Virus record (IMG/VR): IMGVR_UViG_3300045988_118131
Reading direction: 5' to 3' (one strand)
Source of the DNA: a virus
Length of the DNA: 64,000 nucleotides
Program-made: the position numbers and the translations under genes
Notes under the pieces: generated by a model
What the model saw: only the letters and a program-made list of their open reading frames with translations
Told to the model about the DNA's origin: nothing
Database searches by the model: none
Part shown: piece after piece, positions 14,195 to 26,192 of the stretch
Layout of the letters: the number at the start of each line of letters is the position of its first letter
Numbering within the stretch: the first letter of the stretch is position 1

Positions 14195-15322
14195 TTACCT
14201 ATTTATTGTTTTAAACCCATTAGATTCTAATTCTCCTAAGTATTCTGCTTTATCTGTTCTAAAGTCTTTTTTCAAGTATCTATAACCTAAGTCAGTTCCA
14301 GTAGGGATTTTAAAAAAATATTTTTTATTATACTCAGCTACTTTACATTCTTTAAATATTTTATATAACATAATAGTATTATCAAACGTAAAGTATTTTC
14401 TCTTTCTCCCTTTAGATTTTTGTTGAGATAGGTAATTTTGATATTGATTATCTGATAAAGCAAAATAATAGTACCCATCTCATTGAGTTTTAGCCCTGTT
14501 ATACAGCACTCTAATCTTTACTATCATTTTTTTTACATAGTATTGGAAATGCTTAAGAGAATCAAAGGTTAGGTTTCCTATATAAAATAAAAACTTGTTT
14601 TTGGAATCATCCTTTAATATTGTATCTCCTCCATAAACATTATGCAAATATACGGATTTTCACCCATAATTCATAATTCTTTCTATATCTTTTTTTGGAA
14701 CTTCTGGAAATGCCTCAGAAACTTTATCATAGTAGTCTTTAGTAGTCTTAGGAATAGATACATAATATTGAAGTCCTTTGTTAGTATTCTCAGTTATTAA
14801 GTTCCTCATTCACTTACTTATATAAATTGGCTTATGAATATCTCTTTCACTGGCAAAATACATTAGCTCTAAGTGATACCCAGAAAAATTAGATGCAAGA
14901 TAATCGACGTCTAATCACTTACCATTTCTTCTGGCTTTTTTAAAGTCCTCTCCATAAACCCTTTTCATTTGTATGTAACACTCTCTCTGAGTAGGCAGTT
15001 TAAATGTTACATTATTTTCAATAATATCTAATAATATAACCTTAACAGAATAGTAAAATATTCTGATAACTACTGCCCTTCTGTCTAGTGTATTAAATAA
15101 CCTTTTACAATCTTCCCTAGAAATTAACAATTTTTTAAGGGGAAAGTTAGCAAAAAGGTCTTTGCTTGTAAAAGCATATCCAGTAGCAAAATTCATATAT
15201 TTTAAAGTTAGACCATTTAAAAGAAGAAACTCCGAATTAACTCGAAGTTCTCTTTTTAAATGGTTAGTGTATAGGTTTAAATGAAAAATTAAATCTTTTC
15301 CTGTCTCAGCTAGAGTTGGCAT
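14195..15322 (-). CDS. hypothetical protein (375 aa)
   Basis: Track ORF 14915..15322 continues in frame through TGA at 14915, 14810, 14660 and 14480 to TAA 14195-14197. All codons checked; no TAA/TAG. Confidence 0.65.
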
Positions 15323-16001
15323 CTAGAATTTCATTCCATTCATTTTGATTGATGTAGTATGGAACTCTAGCAGCGCTACATAATTTCAGCCATTCTTGAT
15401 AAAGCATTTGGTATTCTTGGAGTATAGCATTATTATGGGATACTAATCCGTCTCTTCTCAATCTAGTCATTGCACAGTATGTAGCTATAGCCAACGCTTC
15501 TTTTTCTGTAATATAAGGTAATCCTTCACTATCTAATACTACTCCTTTGTATAATATATTAATTGTACCATAATCTCTGTCGAAATATAGTTTATCCCCT
15601 ACCCTTTCGTATTTAACATATCTTCCAGAGATGTATAAAGGAGATTGTGTAATTTTTCTAGTTTCTATGTAATTTTCAGTAAACTGAGATGAATAATCCC
15701 CATTTACTGTCTTATTAGTAGTGTATTTTCAATCCTCCCATCCATATGTTACCGCTTCTAATATATCACAATTACATGGAAGTGACATGGAAAATCCTTC
15801 AACCTTTTGTCCACATCCGTTTCTACAGGGAGGAGTATCACAAATTAAATTTGCTGAATATCTATATAATTTAGTAAATTTATTACCTATATGTTTTCAC
15901 GCTATAAGTCCAATTTCTTCAAAGTCTTCAGGAGTTAATTCTACCCCATATAACTGCTTTATCAAAGGATAAGCAGTATAAAATTCATCCATATGTTCCA
16001 T
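15264..16001 (-). CDS. hypothetical protein (245 aa)
   Basis: ATG at 16001 (TAATG overlap with the upstream stop). Frame is open through TGA at 15897, 15729 and 15306 to TAA at 15264. Includes track ORF 15306..15494. The 3' end overlaps the next CDS by 59 nt. Confidence 0.6.
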
Positions 16002-16672
16002 TATCTAGCAATTTGATCATTAACAACAGGCATTGGAGCAAGTTGACGATAAAACCTTATCTTTTTCTCTGTAAGTCTTCTTTTAATTTCATTGTTCAAG
16101 AATGATGGATTATCAATATCCTCCGAGTTACAGCAGTTATACTCCATTGCTTGCCTAGGGTCTTTAAAAATAGCTACTACTGATACCATCCTTAATAAGG
16201 GAGCGTTAAAAACAAAACAGTCATACATATTATTTTTATTAGGAGTCATATCTACATATACATACGGTCTATTTTTACCTCTTTTTCTGTATTTGTGTGC
16301 TCTCCAAGAATTTATACTATTATACCATATAAAAGGTAACTGTCTATCTGTTGCTCCAATATATTCTATAGCATCAGTTCCAAAGTCTGCTATCACCTGA
16401 GGAATTTCAAAGTGTGCTACTAATTCATCATCTTCTGATTGAACACAGCATCTGTCTAGAGATTCACAGTCTACTGGGATGCAATTTATAGATAGCATTA
16501 AATCTTTTTTTGGAAGTATTCCCTTCAGTGCATACTCTTTAATAATCTGTAATCTTTCGTCTATAACATCATCCTCTAGCTGATCTAATGATAAAGATAA
16601 ATTAGCTGAATAGCCTCGTAATCCAGCTTGGATATCATTAAATATTGCTGATGCAAGTTTACTATATACCAT
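16001..16672 (-). CDS. hypothetical protein (223 aa)
   Basis: Track ORF 16001..16711. I prefer the ATG at 16672 because the track start lies inside the upstream terminator hairpin. Confidence 0.6.
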   Translation of the reverse strand: MVYSKLASAIFNDIQAGLRGYSANLSLSLDQLEDDVIDERLQIIKEYALKGILPKKDLMLSINCIPVDCESLDRCCVQSEDDELVAHFEIPQVIADFGTDAIEYIGATDRQLPFIWYNSINSWRAHKYRKRGKNRPYVYVDMTPNKNNMYDCFVFNAPLLRMVSVVAIFKDPRQAMEYNCCNSEDIDNPSFLNNEIKRRLTEKKIRFYRQLAPMPVVNDQIAR

Positions 16673-16680
16673 ATATTTAA

Positions 16681-16718
16681 AATAAAAAAGGCGAAAGGCA
16701 AAAGTGCCCATCGCCTTT
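16681..16718 (-). terminator. rho-independent terminator after decoration-protein gene
   Basis: Minus-strand hairpin AAAGGCGA..GGCA-loop-TGCC..TCGCCTTT followed by TTTTATT. Confidence 0.6.
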
Positions 16719-16736
16719 ATTTGGTTGATAATTTTA

Positions 16737-17876
16737 CTAAGCTTTTGCAGTTACAGTTACTTTACCCTGAGCTTCTTTGCCTTGGTAAACTACTTTGACA
16801 TTTATATCACCAGTTGGTGTACTATCCGAAGTTTTCAGACTACTTCCGGTGATAGATGCTCCAGTCACAGAACCGACAATAGACCAAGTTCCTCCAGAAG
16901 TCTTTTCTTGACTATCTACAGTAAACTTAAGAGCTATAGTTTCTCCTTGTTTAACTGTCTGTCCAGCAGGAACAGCTACTACAATTTCCGGAACGTCTGG
17001 ATCGTCTTCGTTAGTAATAGTTTCTAACGAGAGACCAGCAGCAGTAATAGCTGCTTCAAATGCTTCAGCTAAATCCTGTCTTACGAAGAATACATGATGT
17101 GTAATGGAAGTTACCGTATCACCTACAGCATCAGATCCCATAATTCCTCTATCTTTGCAGTATTCTAGAGTGTATTGGTTATATAGCATTCCTATAACTG
17201 GCATTTCATCCTGCGTAGGAGAACCAAAACGTAGAGCTTCCAAAGTCGGAAGTCTTAAATTTTTCATAATATAAGTATATGTACCGAAACCTTCTTTACC
17301 ATTGGCAATTACTGCTTCTGATACTTTCTTATATTGATTTTGGTCGTCGGGATATACGGATACGGTTGCAGAAACTAATTTCTGAAGCTCAGCTTTATTA
17401 AATACTTCGTATTCGTCTGTTCCAGAAATAACTACTTTATTACTATCGTTCTTACTAGCCTTGATATAAGGATAGAGATTTTGTTGGAAGAATCTAACAG
17501 CTTTTACCATATTGTCAGCAATAGTAGAAGCGTTATCTCCATGAGCTACTTTAAATTCAATATGAATAGGTTTGCTCTTATAAACTGTAGCTGCTGTAGC
17601 CATAGTTGAAGCTTGACTTCCAGACAGTCTCATAAATAACTCAATTCTATAGAAATCTTCGGCTCCAGCCTCAGACGGTGCTGTCGGAGGGGTGAATGTA
17701 GCTGTACTTATGATTCCTTTATATCCTTCTCTTTTGGAAATATATTTAACAGAATCTTTATTAAATCTCCCAACTCTCTTAACTCTAAATTGATTGTTTT
17801 TACCTTCGAACTTAACTAATCCGCTTAGTTCGTCAGTATCTGAATTGATAACTACTGTGTTTGTGTAAGTAAACAT
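16737..17876 (-). CDS. capsid-associated/decoration-like protein with C-terminal Ig-like (Big_2-type) domain
   Basis: Track ORF with no TGA. The C-terminal ~80 aa (VAVPAGQTVKQGETIALKFTV...GDINVKVVYQGKEAQGKVTVTA) looks like a bacterial Ig-like domain. Followed by a strong terminator. TAG at 16737 is directly followed by TAA at 16734. Confidence 0.55.
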   Translation of the reverse strand: MFTYTNTVVINSDTDELSGLVKFEGKNNQFRVKRVGRFNKDSVKYISKREGYKGIISTATFTPPTAPSEAGAEDFYRIELFMRLSGSQASTMATAATVYKSKPIHIEFKVAHGDNASTIADNMVKAVRFFQQNLYPYIKASKNDSNKVVISGTDEYEVFNKAELQKLVSATVSVYPDDQNQYKKVSEAVIANGKEGFGTYTYIMKNLRLPTLEALRFGSPTQDEMPVIGMLYNQYTLEYCKDRGIMGSDAVGDTVTSITHHVFFVRQDLAEAFEAAITAAGLSLETITNEDDPDVPEIVVAVPAGQTVKQGETIALKFTVDSQEKTSGGTWSIVGSVTGASITGSSLKTSDSTPTGDINVKVVYQGKEAQGKVTVTAKA

Positions 17877-17888
17877 AGATTAAAATTA

Positions 17889-18818
17889 TTATTTAGTTTG
17901 CGGCTGCTGTTGAACTGGTGAAGCAATAGCCTGATTAATAGGAATATTTGTTTGTAATCTTGGGTCTCCTGCATTTTCTAGCAGAAGTGTTACCAGCTCC
18001 TTTACAATCTCATAACATACATAATCTGGTCACTCAAGAACTTGAGATGTATCCTCTACCAAGTCTAACTCTTCTTGAGTTAATCTTATATACTGAGGAG
18101 TCTTTATATAATCAATAAATACTTTTTCTAACTCAAATAATGAGTTGTCTTTTCCATATCGAATTTCCATTCTTACTGGAGAGACATTTCCGTATCTTAA
18201 TTTAGCTAAGCGTTCTACGTTTGAAGCTGATCCTTTAGTTAACTTTATAGTAGTTGGAAGCCCTCCAGATATTTGAGAATCCTCCTCATTTTGAACATCA
18301 GTACCCCAAGTTCCATCATAAGGATTAGTGGGATTAGTTTCAGAAACATTTACATTATGTAAATAAAAGTAAGGCTTTTTGTAGGAAGGCTTATTGTACG
18401 CATTAATTATAACTGTAGGTCACATATCTCCAGTCAATCTTTGAGCTGGAAACTGAACCTTGTTACCTTTATTATAACATTTGAAATTTTTAGCAACATT
18501 GTATTGACACACACAATTCAAAATATGAAAATAGTCATTTGGAAGCTCTACTTCATAGACAGCACCATATAAAGAATCAATTCCAGTTTCGTCTCCATAT
18601 TTAGATGAAGCCAGTACTGGTCTCAATATTGCTGTTGCTTTAAGAACCCGCAAATCATCAGATGTTTGCTGATTTATATCATAAATGTTATATCGCTTAT
18701 CTAAATACTGATAAAAAGATTTATTAATTAAATACACATAATCCTCCAGCAGTAAACTTTGTGCTCCTACTTTATTAGTTTCTATTAGAGCATATTCAAA
18801 TAATTGTCTAGAGGTCAT
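17889..18818 (-). CDS. hypothetical head/neck protein (309 aa)
   Basis: Track ORF 18420..18818 continues in frame through TGA at 18420 and 18030 to tandem TAA TAA (17889, 17886). Confidence 0.65.
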
Positions 18819-18825
18819 TTATATA

Positions 18826-19668
18826 TTATTCTAGGTCAAGAGCTTTCACGGCATTAGGATTAGTGACTTCTAATTCATCGCCATACGTGTCTCTTTTAAT
18901 TAGTGCTAACATCTTAGAATTTCTTGGGTCTCTCATCCATGCTAACACAGCATCTATTGTTCCTCCCAAAGGTATTCCATCACCATAAATGTAAACTCTG
19001 TTTTTACTGTAAATAACGTCCTTGTCCTTAGCATCCATAAATAATACTCTAAGTACAAGATCTTCTCCAGTATATAAGTTGATAATTTTATCAGGATCTT
19101 TACTAGCTATGTCTAATAGATACTCTTTAATGTCTGCATCAGGAGCATTTCTAAGATTTCTTCCAAGTAATCTTGCCATTTTGAGTCTTCCATCTGCTCC
19201 TTCCGGATCATTAAAGACGTAAGTCTCAGCTGTGTGGATTTTCTCTCTACGACTAACCTTCTTGCTAGTTTCGTATCCAGGTCTTTCCACATATAGTTCT
19301 GCTGCACTGTATTTAATGCCTGATTGTCTACTAAGAACATAGTTACCGTTCTTATCCTTTTGGTCAATAGTTTTAGCAATCAAAGAACAATTCTTAATAG
19401 CCTCCCATTGTGCTCTTTCAATAGGATTATCTAGATTAAATTCTTTTCCACTTTCAAACGTAATAGAAAAGTTTTCAGGAATATAGACTTTGCCGCTGTT
19501 TCTTTCAGCATCAGTCATAATCATGTCACCTTTTGAATCTACATATTTTACACAATCGGGATATTGTCCAGTCACTCTATCTTTACATGGTTGTAGAGTA
19601 TATTTTTGACCTACTTTACCATATACACTTCTAAGGATAATTTTATTATCAACGTAGTCTTTTGCCAT
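18826..19668 (-). CDS. hypothetical protein (280 aa)
   Basis: Track ORF with ATG start and TAA stop. Lies immediately downstream of the putative capsid gene. Confidence 0.6.
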   Translation of the reverse strand: MAKDYVDNKIILRSVYGKVGQKYTLQPCKDRVTGQYPDCVKYVDSKGDMIMTDAERNSGKVYIPENFSITFESGKEFNLDNPIERAQWEAIKNCSLIAKTIDQKDKNGNYVLSRQSGIKYSAAELYVERPGYETSKKVSRREKIHTAETYVFNDPEGADGRLKMARLLGRNLRNAPDADIKEYLLDIASKDPDKIINLYTGEDLVLRVLFMDAKDKDVIYSKNRVYIYGDGIPLGGTIDAVLAWMRDPRNSKMLALIKRDTYGDELEVTNPNAVKALDLE

Positions 19669-19689
19669 ATTAATTCATTATTAATTAAA

Positions 19690-19725
19690 ATATAAAAAGT
19701 GTTGTGGAGGGTCTTTGCCCTCCAC
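19690..19725 (-). terminator. rho-independent terminator after putative capsid gene
   Basis: 8-bp GC-rich stem GTGGAGGG/CCCTCCAC with a 6-nt loop, then a T-run on the minus strand. Confidence 0.6.
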
Positions 19726-19746
19726 TTATCTGTATATTTTTTGATA

Positions 19747-21159
19747 CTATGCCTCAATTAACATATATGATCTATATGGGTTAAATACTGCAACTCCAGA
19801 ATAACCCCAGTTAATAAGTTTACTTGCTGCAACAGCAGAAGAAACTACTCCAGAACTTAAACCGTCTAAACCACCAACTCCAGGGAATCTATTAGAAATA
19901 AAGTCTCCTCCTTTAAGAGTGAACATCTGCAAAGCAGGTTTACCGTCTACGGAGTCAGCTGTTAAGTCAATAAATACTCCAAAGGCTTTTCTATCCCATT
20001 CATAAGATAGAGCACGGTCAACTTGGAATGTAACTTGGTTTCCAGCAAATTCATAAGACTGGAATGTAGCACCTACCTCTAGATATTTATTCTTTGCAGT
20101 AGAGTACATATAAGTTGAACATGGTTTAAATCTAGACAAATATTCTGAAAGAACATTTTGAACCATTGTCCACATAATCTCATTGCAAATGAAGATGTAT
20201 TTGTTTCCAATTGGTTTTTCAGACTTTTGAACCATTTCATTCATAGCAGTCTGGAATACATTAATAGTCATTTTGTTGAAGATATACTTACCGCAATATC
20301 TTTCGATTTGTGGAAGAACACCATCTCCAATATAAATTGGTCTACCAGTATCAGGGTCTTGAATAGTTGCTTTGCCGTTTTTATCAACGTTAGTTCTATT
20401 GAACATTGAACCGTTGTTACGAGCATATAAGAAAGAGTCTAACAATTGTTTTTCTTTCTTATCCATTTTGTAGATTGTCGGAATAAGAGATTTCTTATCC
20501 TTTCCTTCAGCTACTTGGATAAATACATTTTCCATAGCAGCAAACTGAGCTGAGTAAGATACATCAACACGGTGTGTAGTAATATATCCTCTGTGTGTTT
20601 CAACATTAGATTGATATTTGATGTAACCTTCTTCGTGCATTTCTGGCATAGCATTAGACTGGAATCTAGTAGTCATACCTACCTGGCAACCGTCTAGATC
20701 AAGAACTGAAGAATAATCGTTGTCGATTAGTCTTACTGTATATTCCCAGAAATCATCAGCTTTTCTAATAGGTCTTGAAACAACCTGACATTGCTGACGA
20801 GTTGCATCAATTTTAAAGATGTCATACTTTTCGTAGTATCTTTCTTTAAAATGCATAATAATATCTTCTCCTGCTGCACCCTGTTCTGGAACTGCAGCAA
20901 ATTCTACACGTTTAATGTAGTTAGTTTCGATGTCCCATTCAAAATAAGGAGCTTCTAATGATTTGTACTGTTCTTTCTTATGATCCATATAGAAAACATT
21001 TCTAAGACCTTCTGTAAGGAAAGAAGTAGTTAAATATGGATACATACGTGACATTACACCTAAACGATGTGGTTTAGCACCTACGAATTTATAAAAATCT
21101 TCGTAAGTCTTAGTATCGTTCATGTTTTGTTTGTTGGATACGTAACTTGCTACTAGCAT
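19747..21159 (-). CDS. putative major capsid protein (470 aa)
   Basis: Uninterrupted 470-aa ORF with no TGA, directly downstream of an acidic scaffold-like gene and followed by a strong terminator. Assignment rests on size and position; no homology search was possible. Confidence 0.55.
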   Translation of the reverse strand: MLVASYVSNKQNMNDTKTYEDFYKFVGAKPHRLGVMSRMYPYLTTSFLTEGLRNVFYMDHKKEQYKSLEAPYFEWDIETNYIKRVEFAAVPEQGAAGEDIIMHFKERYYEKYDIFKIDATRQQCQVVSRPIRKADDFWEYTVRLIDNDYSSVLDLDGCQVGMTTRFQSNAMPEMHEEGYIKYQSNVETHRGYITTHRVDVSYSAQFAAMENVFIQVAEGKDKKSLIPTIYKMDKKEKQLLDSFLYARNNGSMFNRTNVDKNGKATIQDPDTGRPIYIGDGVLPQIERYCGKYIFNKMTINVFQTAMNEMVQKSEKPIGNKYIFICNEIMWTMVQNVLSEYLSRFKPCSTYMYSTAKNKYLEVGATFQSYEFAGNQVTFQVDRALSYEWDRKAFGVFIDLTADSVDGKPALQMFTLKGGDFISNRFPGVGGLDGLSSGVVSSAVAASKLINWGYSGVAVFNPYRSYMLIEA

Positions 21160-21182
21160 ACTTTATTTTATTTTTATGGTTA

Positions 21183-22271
21183 TTAATCTAAGTCTAAAAT
21201 AGGAATATCACTACCTAAACTTATGGTTTTTTGTTTGTCTGATTTAGATGGAGAACTTTTCTTATTTATTTTAGATTTTTTACCACTTAAAGCATCCTTA
21301 TAGCCTTCTTCATACTTAGTCTGAGAATGTTGTTTAACAACATCAGTCCAGTAATCATTTAGTGCTTTTATAGAATCAGCACCATCTAAAAGGAATCATG
21401 CCATTTTAACTATACTTTCTGGGTCTTTTAAGGCTCTATACATGTAGTTAGTTCCAGTGGCATCAGTTCCTAAAATAAATTCTGCAATGCGTTCTCTGTC
21501 TTCGTCCTCTAAGTCAAACGATTCAATTGTTTTTAAGCCATTGATAGCTTCTATCATAGAATTAGCAAAAGCCTCTTGTGCTTCCTGGTCTTTAGCTTCA
21601 TCAACAAGTTTTTGTTCTTCTATCTTAGCTTCCTCTTTGGCTTTATATCCATCTCTTAATGCTTGTATCTTTTTATTCCATAGAGTCTCGTTAGCTTTCT
21701 CGTGTTCTAAATATTGCTGAGCCTCCTCTTCAGTAATATCTCCAAAATTATACTTTAAATCTAACAAGTATAATTCTTCATCAGATAACTTGTCTACTTC
21801 ATAGTGAGGTTCGCTATTAGCTGCTACAAAATCCTCTATGGCTTTATTACGAACATAATCTAAGTAGTCTTCTACGGATAAGTTATTATCTCTTAAAAGA
21901 CTTATAAATTCTGTCTCTTCAGGTTCAAGTCCATAGTTATCGTCTAAATCTGAAGAGTTTAATATATTGAGTTGCTCTTCTCTAGATAAACTGTTGAAAT
22001 CAACTTCCTGGATATTTCCCTGCTCATCTTCGTACTTAATAGCTGATGGATCTTTTATACCTTTACTTTTTAGTAAAGCAACTAATAGATCATCGTCGTT
22101 ATCTGAATTTTGGTCTGAAGTATCACCTTCGTCCCCTTTATTAGAGTCACCGTCGTCACCGTGATCATCTAAATTATCATCAAGCCCTTCTATATTTACA
22201 GAATCAAGAGCCTGATCATCTGAATCACCGTCTACGGGATCTATGTCTAAATAGTCTAAATCATCGTTCAT
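21183..22271 (-). CDS. putative scaffolding protein (acidic, coiled-coil; 362 aa)
   Basis: Track ORF 21396..22271 continues through TGA at 21396 to TAA at 21183. Very Asp/Glu-rich N-terminus. Position just upstream of the capsid gene. Confidence 0.5.
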
Positions 22272-22294
22272 ATTAATTCCCTTTAAAATTATTT

Positions 22295-22302
22295 ACAAAA
22301 TT
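22295..22302 (-). promoter_or_regulatory. candidate -7 box TAATTTTG (minus strand)
   Basis: Matches TAnnTTTG 24-31 nt upstream of the 22271 start. The same CAAAATTAGC string recurs at 57651. Confidence 0.35.
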
Positions 22303-22388
22303 AGCTATATTTTACGTGTTTGCAAAATAAAAAACAACTCATTTTAATTAAACCTGCAAAGTAGTAAATTGTAGTAAGTTATGTGCTA

Positions 22389-22721
22389 TTAATTATCTTG
22401 TGTTAACATAAGAATAGTATCAAGATTAGTTTCAGTCACTCCTCTAGTTTTATTTATCCTATTAGCACAATTTTTTAAATATTCTCTTTCTTCATTTGAA
22501 AATTCTATATCTACATAATGAGTTTTAGCCTTATCACTAATATATTTTAGCATTATGTTATTATTATTATCTGAATCTAAGACAATTCCCATGCCCTCTT
22601 CTTCTTTAGTTAATTTTATCTTTTCCTTTATACTTTTATTTTTTAACATATCCTCTATACTTCCATTCGGAGGAAGGAGTCCTAAAATAATAATTATTCT
22701 ATCAACTACACTAAGTTTCAT
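22389..22721 (-). CDS. hypothetical protein (110 aa)
   Basis: Track ORF with ATG start and TAA stop. Confidence 0.55.
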   Translation of the reverse strand: MKLSVVDRIIIILGLLPPNGSIEDMLKNKSIKEKIKLTKEEEGMGIVLDSDNNNNIMLKYISDKAKTHYVDIEFSNEEREYLKNCANRINKTRGVTETNLDTILMLTQDN

Positions 22722-22724
22722 AAT

Positions 22725-25541
22725 TTAAGTTTTACATGGACTTATCCATCATGTCTTGTTGTGATTATCTCATATGGCTATTATAGTTTCTTCTTTTCCA
22801 GATTGTTGAGAAGTTGAAGTTCCGCTACTTATTCCTCATAGTACCTTATTTCCTCCACCACTTATAGTAACAGTATATCCAGTATTTCTAATAAAATACA
22901 TTTGCCCATCTTCTGGAGACGAGGGCATAGTTAATGTTACATCTCTAATAGCTATAACTATACTATCCATAGTACTTAAAGTAGTAGATTTAGCTATTCT
23001 TCTAGTTCTTAGTCTAAATCCACAAATATCTCCCTTAGCTAAATATAGAGCATGATTTCCAGAAGTAATCAAGTCATCATATGGAATAGCTCCAGTAACA
23101 CTAACATATAATCCAGCATTTCCTCCTGGATAATCTTCTTTTAAATCTCTAGTAACTTCTAATCGTTGAGGAGCTACTAACGAACCACCACTAGTGGCTG
23201 GAATAGTATCTCCTCCCAAGTAAGCTGTAGAACCTACTGAGGAATCAGTAAATTTTATTAAATCAGCAGATAATAACATAGTCTTAGTCTTATCCGCCGA
23301 GGTAGCTTCCATTCTAGTATCTGACAATGCAAACCCTCCTATATTACCTTTATAAGAATATATAGTACCTTTAATATAAGCATTGTTAGCGTACATATTA
23401 CCGTTCTGGTCTACATAGAAAGCTCCACTTTCTATTTTCTCTAGTTCTGTTTTAGACATTAACTTTCCAGGTTGGTTTGGATCAGTAGACGGAGTAATTA
23501 CACCAGCTGAACTTATAGCGATTACTGGAAAGGTGTTCGTAGTATCTGCACCACTATAAACTCTCCCATTCATATAACAATTTTTGCTATTAGACCACAT
23601 CATCGCATTACTAAAATTCCATCCCCCCATATGACCGTTATTAGCAAATAATATTTCTGTAGCCACTGATTCAAAAGATGCTCCAAACCTTTTTCAGTAA
23701 TCGTTCTCTCCAGAAGTAGGAGGAGTTTTACCGCTGAAACTCCCGTTAACGGTTGTCTTACTATAATAATAAGCACCATTATGATATACAACTTCTACTA
23801 AGTCAGGGCTTCCTGTATAAGTAGCTCCTGATTCATAGTTACCTCTAAAATTCATAGCTGGACCTACAGGTCCAGGGTCTCCATCCTTAACTAACCTAGT
23901 ATAAACAGCTGGTGTAGACCAAGTTCACAAAGATTCTCCAACATCTTTAACTCCATTGCTATACCAAACAACTGGTCACCTTTCACTAGGAGCAAGAGCC
24001 GATGCTGACCAGCCACTTGGCACATCGTAAGAAGGACTGGGAGTGCTAGGTGTCCTCTCATCATAGTCATAGAATATAGTTCTAAAGCTAGCCCCATCTT
24101 CTCCATTATCTCCTTTCGAAGTATATAAATTCCAATAATTAGTATTAGTAGGTAATACATTACCATAAACATCCTTTATACAGATATAGGTACTTCCTTC
24201 GTAGGAAACTACGTCCCCTTTATTATATTTTATATTGGAACTCTGTATAAATGGTCCTCTTCAATTTATCATAACTGCGGTAGAGTCTGGATCTTCTTGA
24301 GTTATATATCCTTTTATAAACAATTGCTTTAAATCAGAGTCAAATCTGATGTATGTATTTCCATTACCTATCCTAAAATTACCATTAATCATATCCCAAT
24401 AACAATTTCCAGTTTGATCTTTTATAACTCCAGTAGTTATTGTATTTCCAGCAATTTCGGTAAACCCATACATAGTTTGAAAACTTCTTACTTTAGAAGC
24501 CTTTACTGTAGAGTCGCTAACTCCTCCAGATATTTCACTGCCTCCTTCACTAAGACTAGCTCTAGGAGTATTAAGTACTCCAACTCAGAACATATAATAC
24601 CCATCCTCAGACTCTAAAAGTTTTTGTTCTGTAGACAATAAGAACTCTCCTTGATTACTAGTTTTACTACATTTTGCATACAAGTAGTAAGGCTTTCCAG
24701 GATCTAAACCAGACTGGTCGAAATCTGGAGCAGTAAGTGATCCACTTATGTTATGCAAAACCTCCCAAGTAGCTCCTACCGTATCATCATTATTTTCTAA
24801 TCCTATTGTATTATGAATTAGCAATCCAGGTCTACTTATATCAACAATAAATGCGGCGAATCTATTTTCATCACCTAAGTGATTAGGAGAAAACTTAATA
24901 TTTTCTAAACTAAATTGCTGAGAATTAGTACCAACAATTAATTGAGCTGTATGTACTGCAAGTGGAGTAATTTTCTCAGTAAAATAGTTTCCCTCTGGGT
25001 CAAACATCATATCAAATGTCTCCATTACGTCCTGCCAAGTTCTCTGTGTAAAATCACTTTGGTTCTTTAAAGCATCACGTATTTCATCTAAATTTCCAGT
25101 AATCATATCTTCTAAGTCATTAACATTAAATAATGTGTTTACCCAATAGCCACCTTGTTGTACTAGCAAATCCCCATCTCTAAGGTTAACTAACATTACA
25201 TCTTCTAGTTCTGACAGTTTAGTAACTCCTTCAGAATTGTTGTTATTATTGCCAGCGCCTCCACCTAAAGGGATGAGTGATTTTTCTACTAAGGCATACA
25301 TTCCATCCCCATTTCTTACATAGTAAAATCCAGTTTTAGTTCCAATATCATTAATAGTATCTACTACGTGAATAATAACAGGAGCGTTAATTTTACCATC
25401 CTTTATTAAGTCTATGAAGGAATTTCCTTGCTGTATTTTTACCTTACCCTTAGTTTGTATAACAAAGTCCTTATCTCTAGAACCAGCTATAACTTGCTTA
25501 GTTCCCAGAACGGAATCTGATCTAATTAACTCTTGAGACAT
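22725..25541 (-). CDS. tail fiber/spike protein (938 aa)
   Basis: Track ORFs 24585..25541, 24261..24473 and 22836..23666 share a frame. The gaps were fully translated and contain only TGA (24585, 24261, 23976, 23925, 23694, 22836, 22770, 22749). TAA at 22725. Short collagen-like GDPGPVGP stretch. Confidence 0.7.
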
Positions 25542-25543
25542 TT

Positions 25544-25981
25544 TTATTTTACTTCTATAATTAAATTATCCTTATCTTTCTCAAGTAATTCTAATAGCTT
25601 ATTGTAAGTAGCCCTAGAATTTAATACTTTTCCTTTAACTAAATTTTGCCCAACTAAAATGCACCCCTCTGTATCAGAACTAGTATTTCCACTGTGTATT
25701 CTTATTCCTAAAAAGTGAGGAACATTTAATAGCTCTGGAAGTATTTTTTTAAATCTGTTAGAATAGGATAAAACAACTTTATATGTTCCAGAAGGAATTG
25801 CTGTCTTTCCTTTAATCTTTCCTTCACATTTGCAGTCTATTCCATTAGGAGTATAAGGACATTCATCTGGAAGTACTCTAACTGTATCTTCCAAAGTATC
25901 ACAAAACCATTCTCCATCAATGTAGAGCTTTCCTATCGTGTACTCTGAACCTTTAAAAATTCTATTCAATAATAGCTTCAT
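25544..25981 (-). CDS. hypothetical protein with YkuD-like His/Cys motif
   Basis: Track ORF. IRIHSGNTSSDTEGCILVG resembles the HxG...(S/T)xGC catalytic motif of L,D-transpeptidase-fold proteins. Function is uncertain. Confidence 0.5.
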   Translation of the reverse strand: MKLLLNRIFKGSEYTIGKLYIDGEWFCDTLEDTVRVLPDECPYTPNGIDCKCEGKIKGKTAIPSGTYKVVLSYSNRFKKILPELLNVPHFLGIRIHSGNTSSDTEGCILVGQNLVKGKVLNSRATYNKLLELLEKDKDNLIIEVK

Positions 25982-26082
25982 AACTTATTACTTATAATAA
26001 TTATTTCAAGATTAAACCATTTAAAGAGAATGTTCCGATTTTATTTTAAATTTGGAGTTCATCTTTAGATGGTTCCAGTCTG

Positions 26083-26090
26083 CAAATATA
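26083..26090 (-). promoter_or_regulatory. candidate -7 box TATATTTG (minus strand)
   Basis: Matches TAnnTTTG in the 210-nt intergenic gap upstream of 25981. Confidence 0.3.
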
Positions 26091-26145
26091 TAAATAATTA
26101 TGCCTTATTCCGAATTAATTAAGTTAAATTAAGTTAATATACTCC

Positions 26146-26186
26146 TAAACAAAAATACCACCGATACAATTAAGTACCGATGGTAT
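26146..26186 (-). terminator. rho-independent terminator
   Basis: 13-bp hairpin that pairs better on the minus-strand RNA (G-U pairs), followed by ATTTTTGTT. Lies directly after the TAG stop at 26193. Confidence 0.6.
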
Positions 26187-26192
26187 CTTTAG

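Noticed and set aside
14195-16001. An apparently ORF-poor region, considered as an intron or homing-endonuclease insertion.
   Set aside because: It resolves into two ordinary CDS once seven in-frame TGAs are read through. No endonuclease motifs were seen.
23600-24172. Minus-strand track ORFs 23600..23791 and 23891..24172. The same applies to 3206..3388, 19113..19379, 36800..37000, 37370..37624 and 44805..45005.
   Set aside because: They lie in alternative frames inside longer CDS that are continuous once TGA is read as sense.
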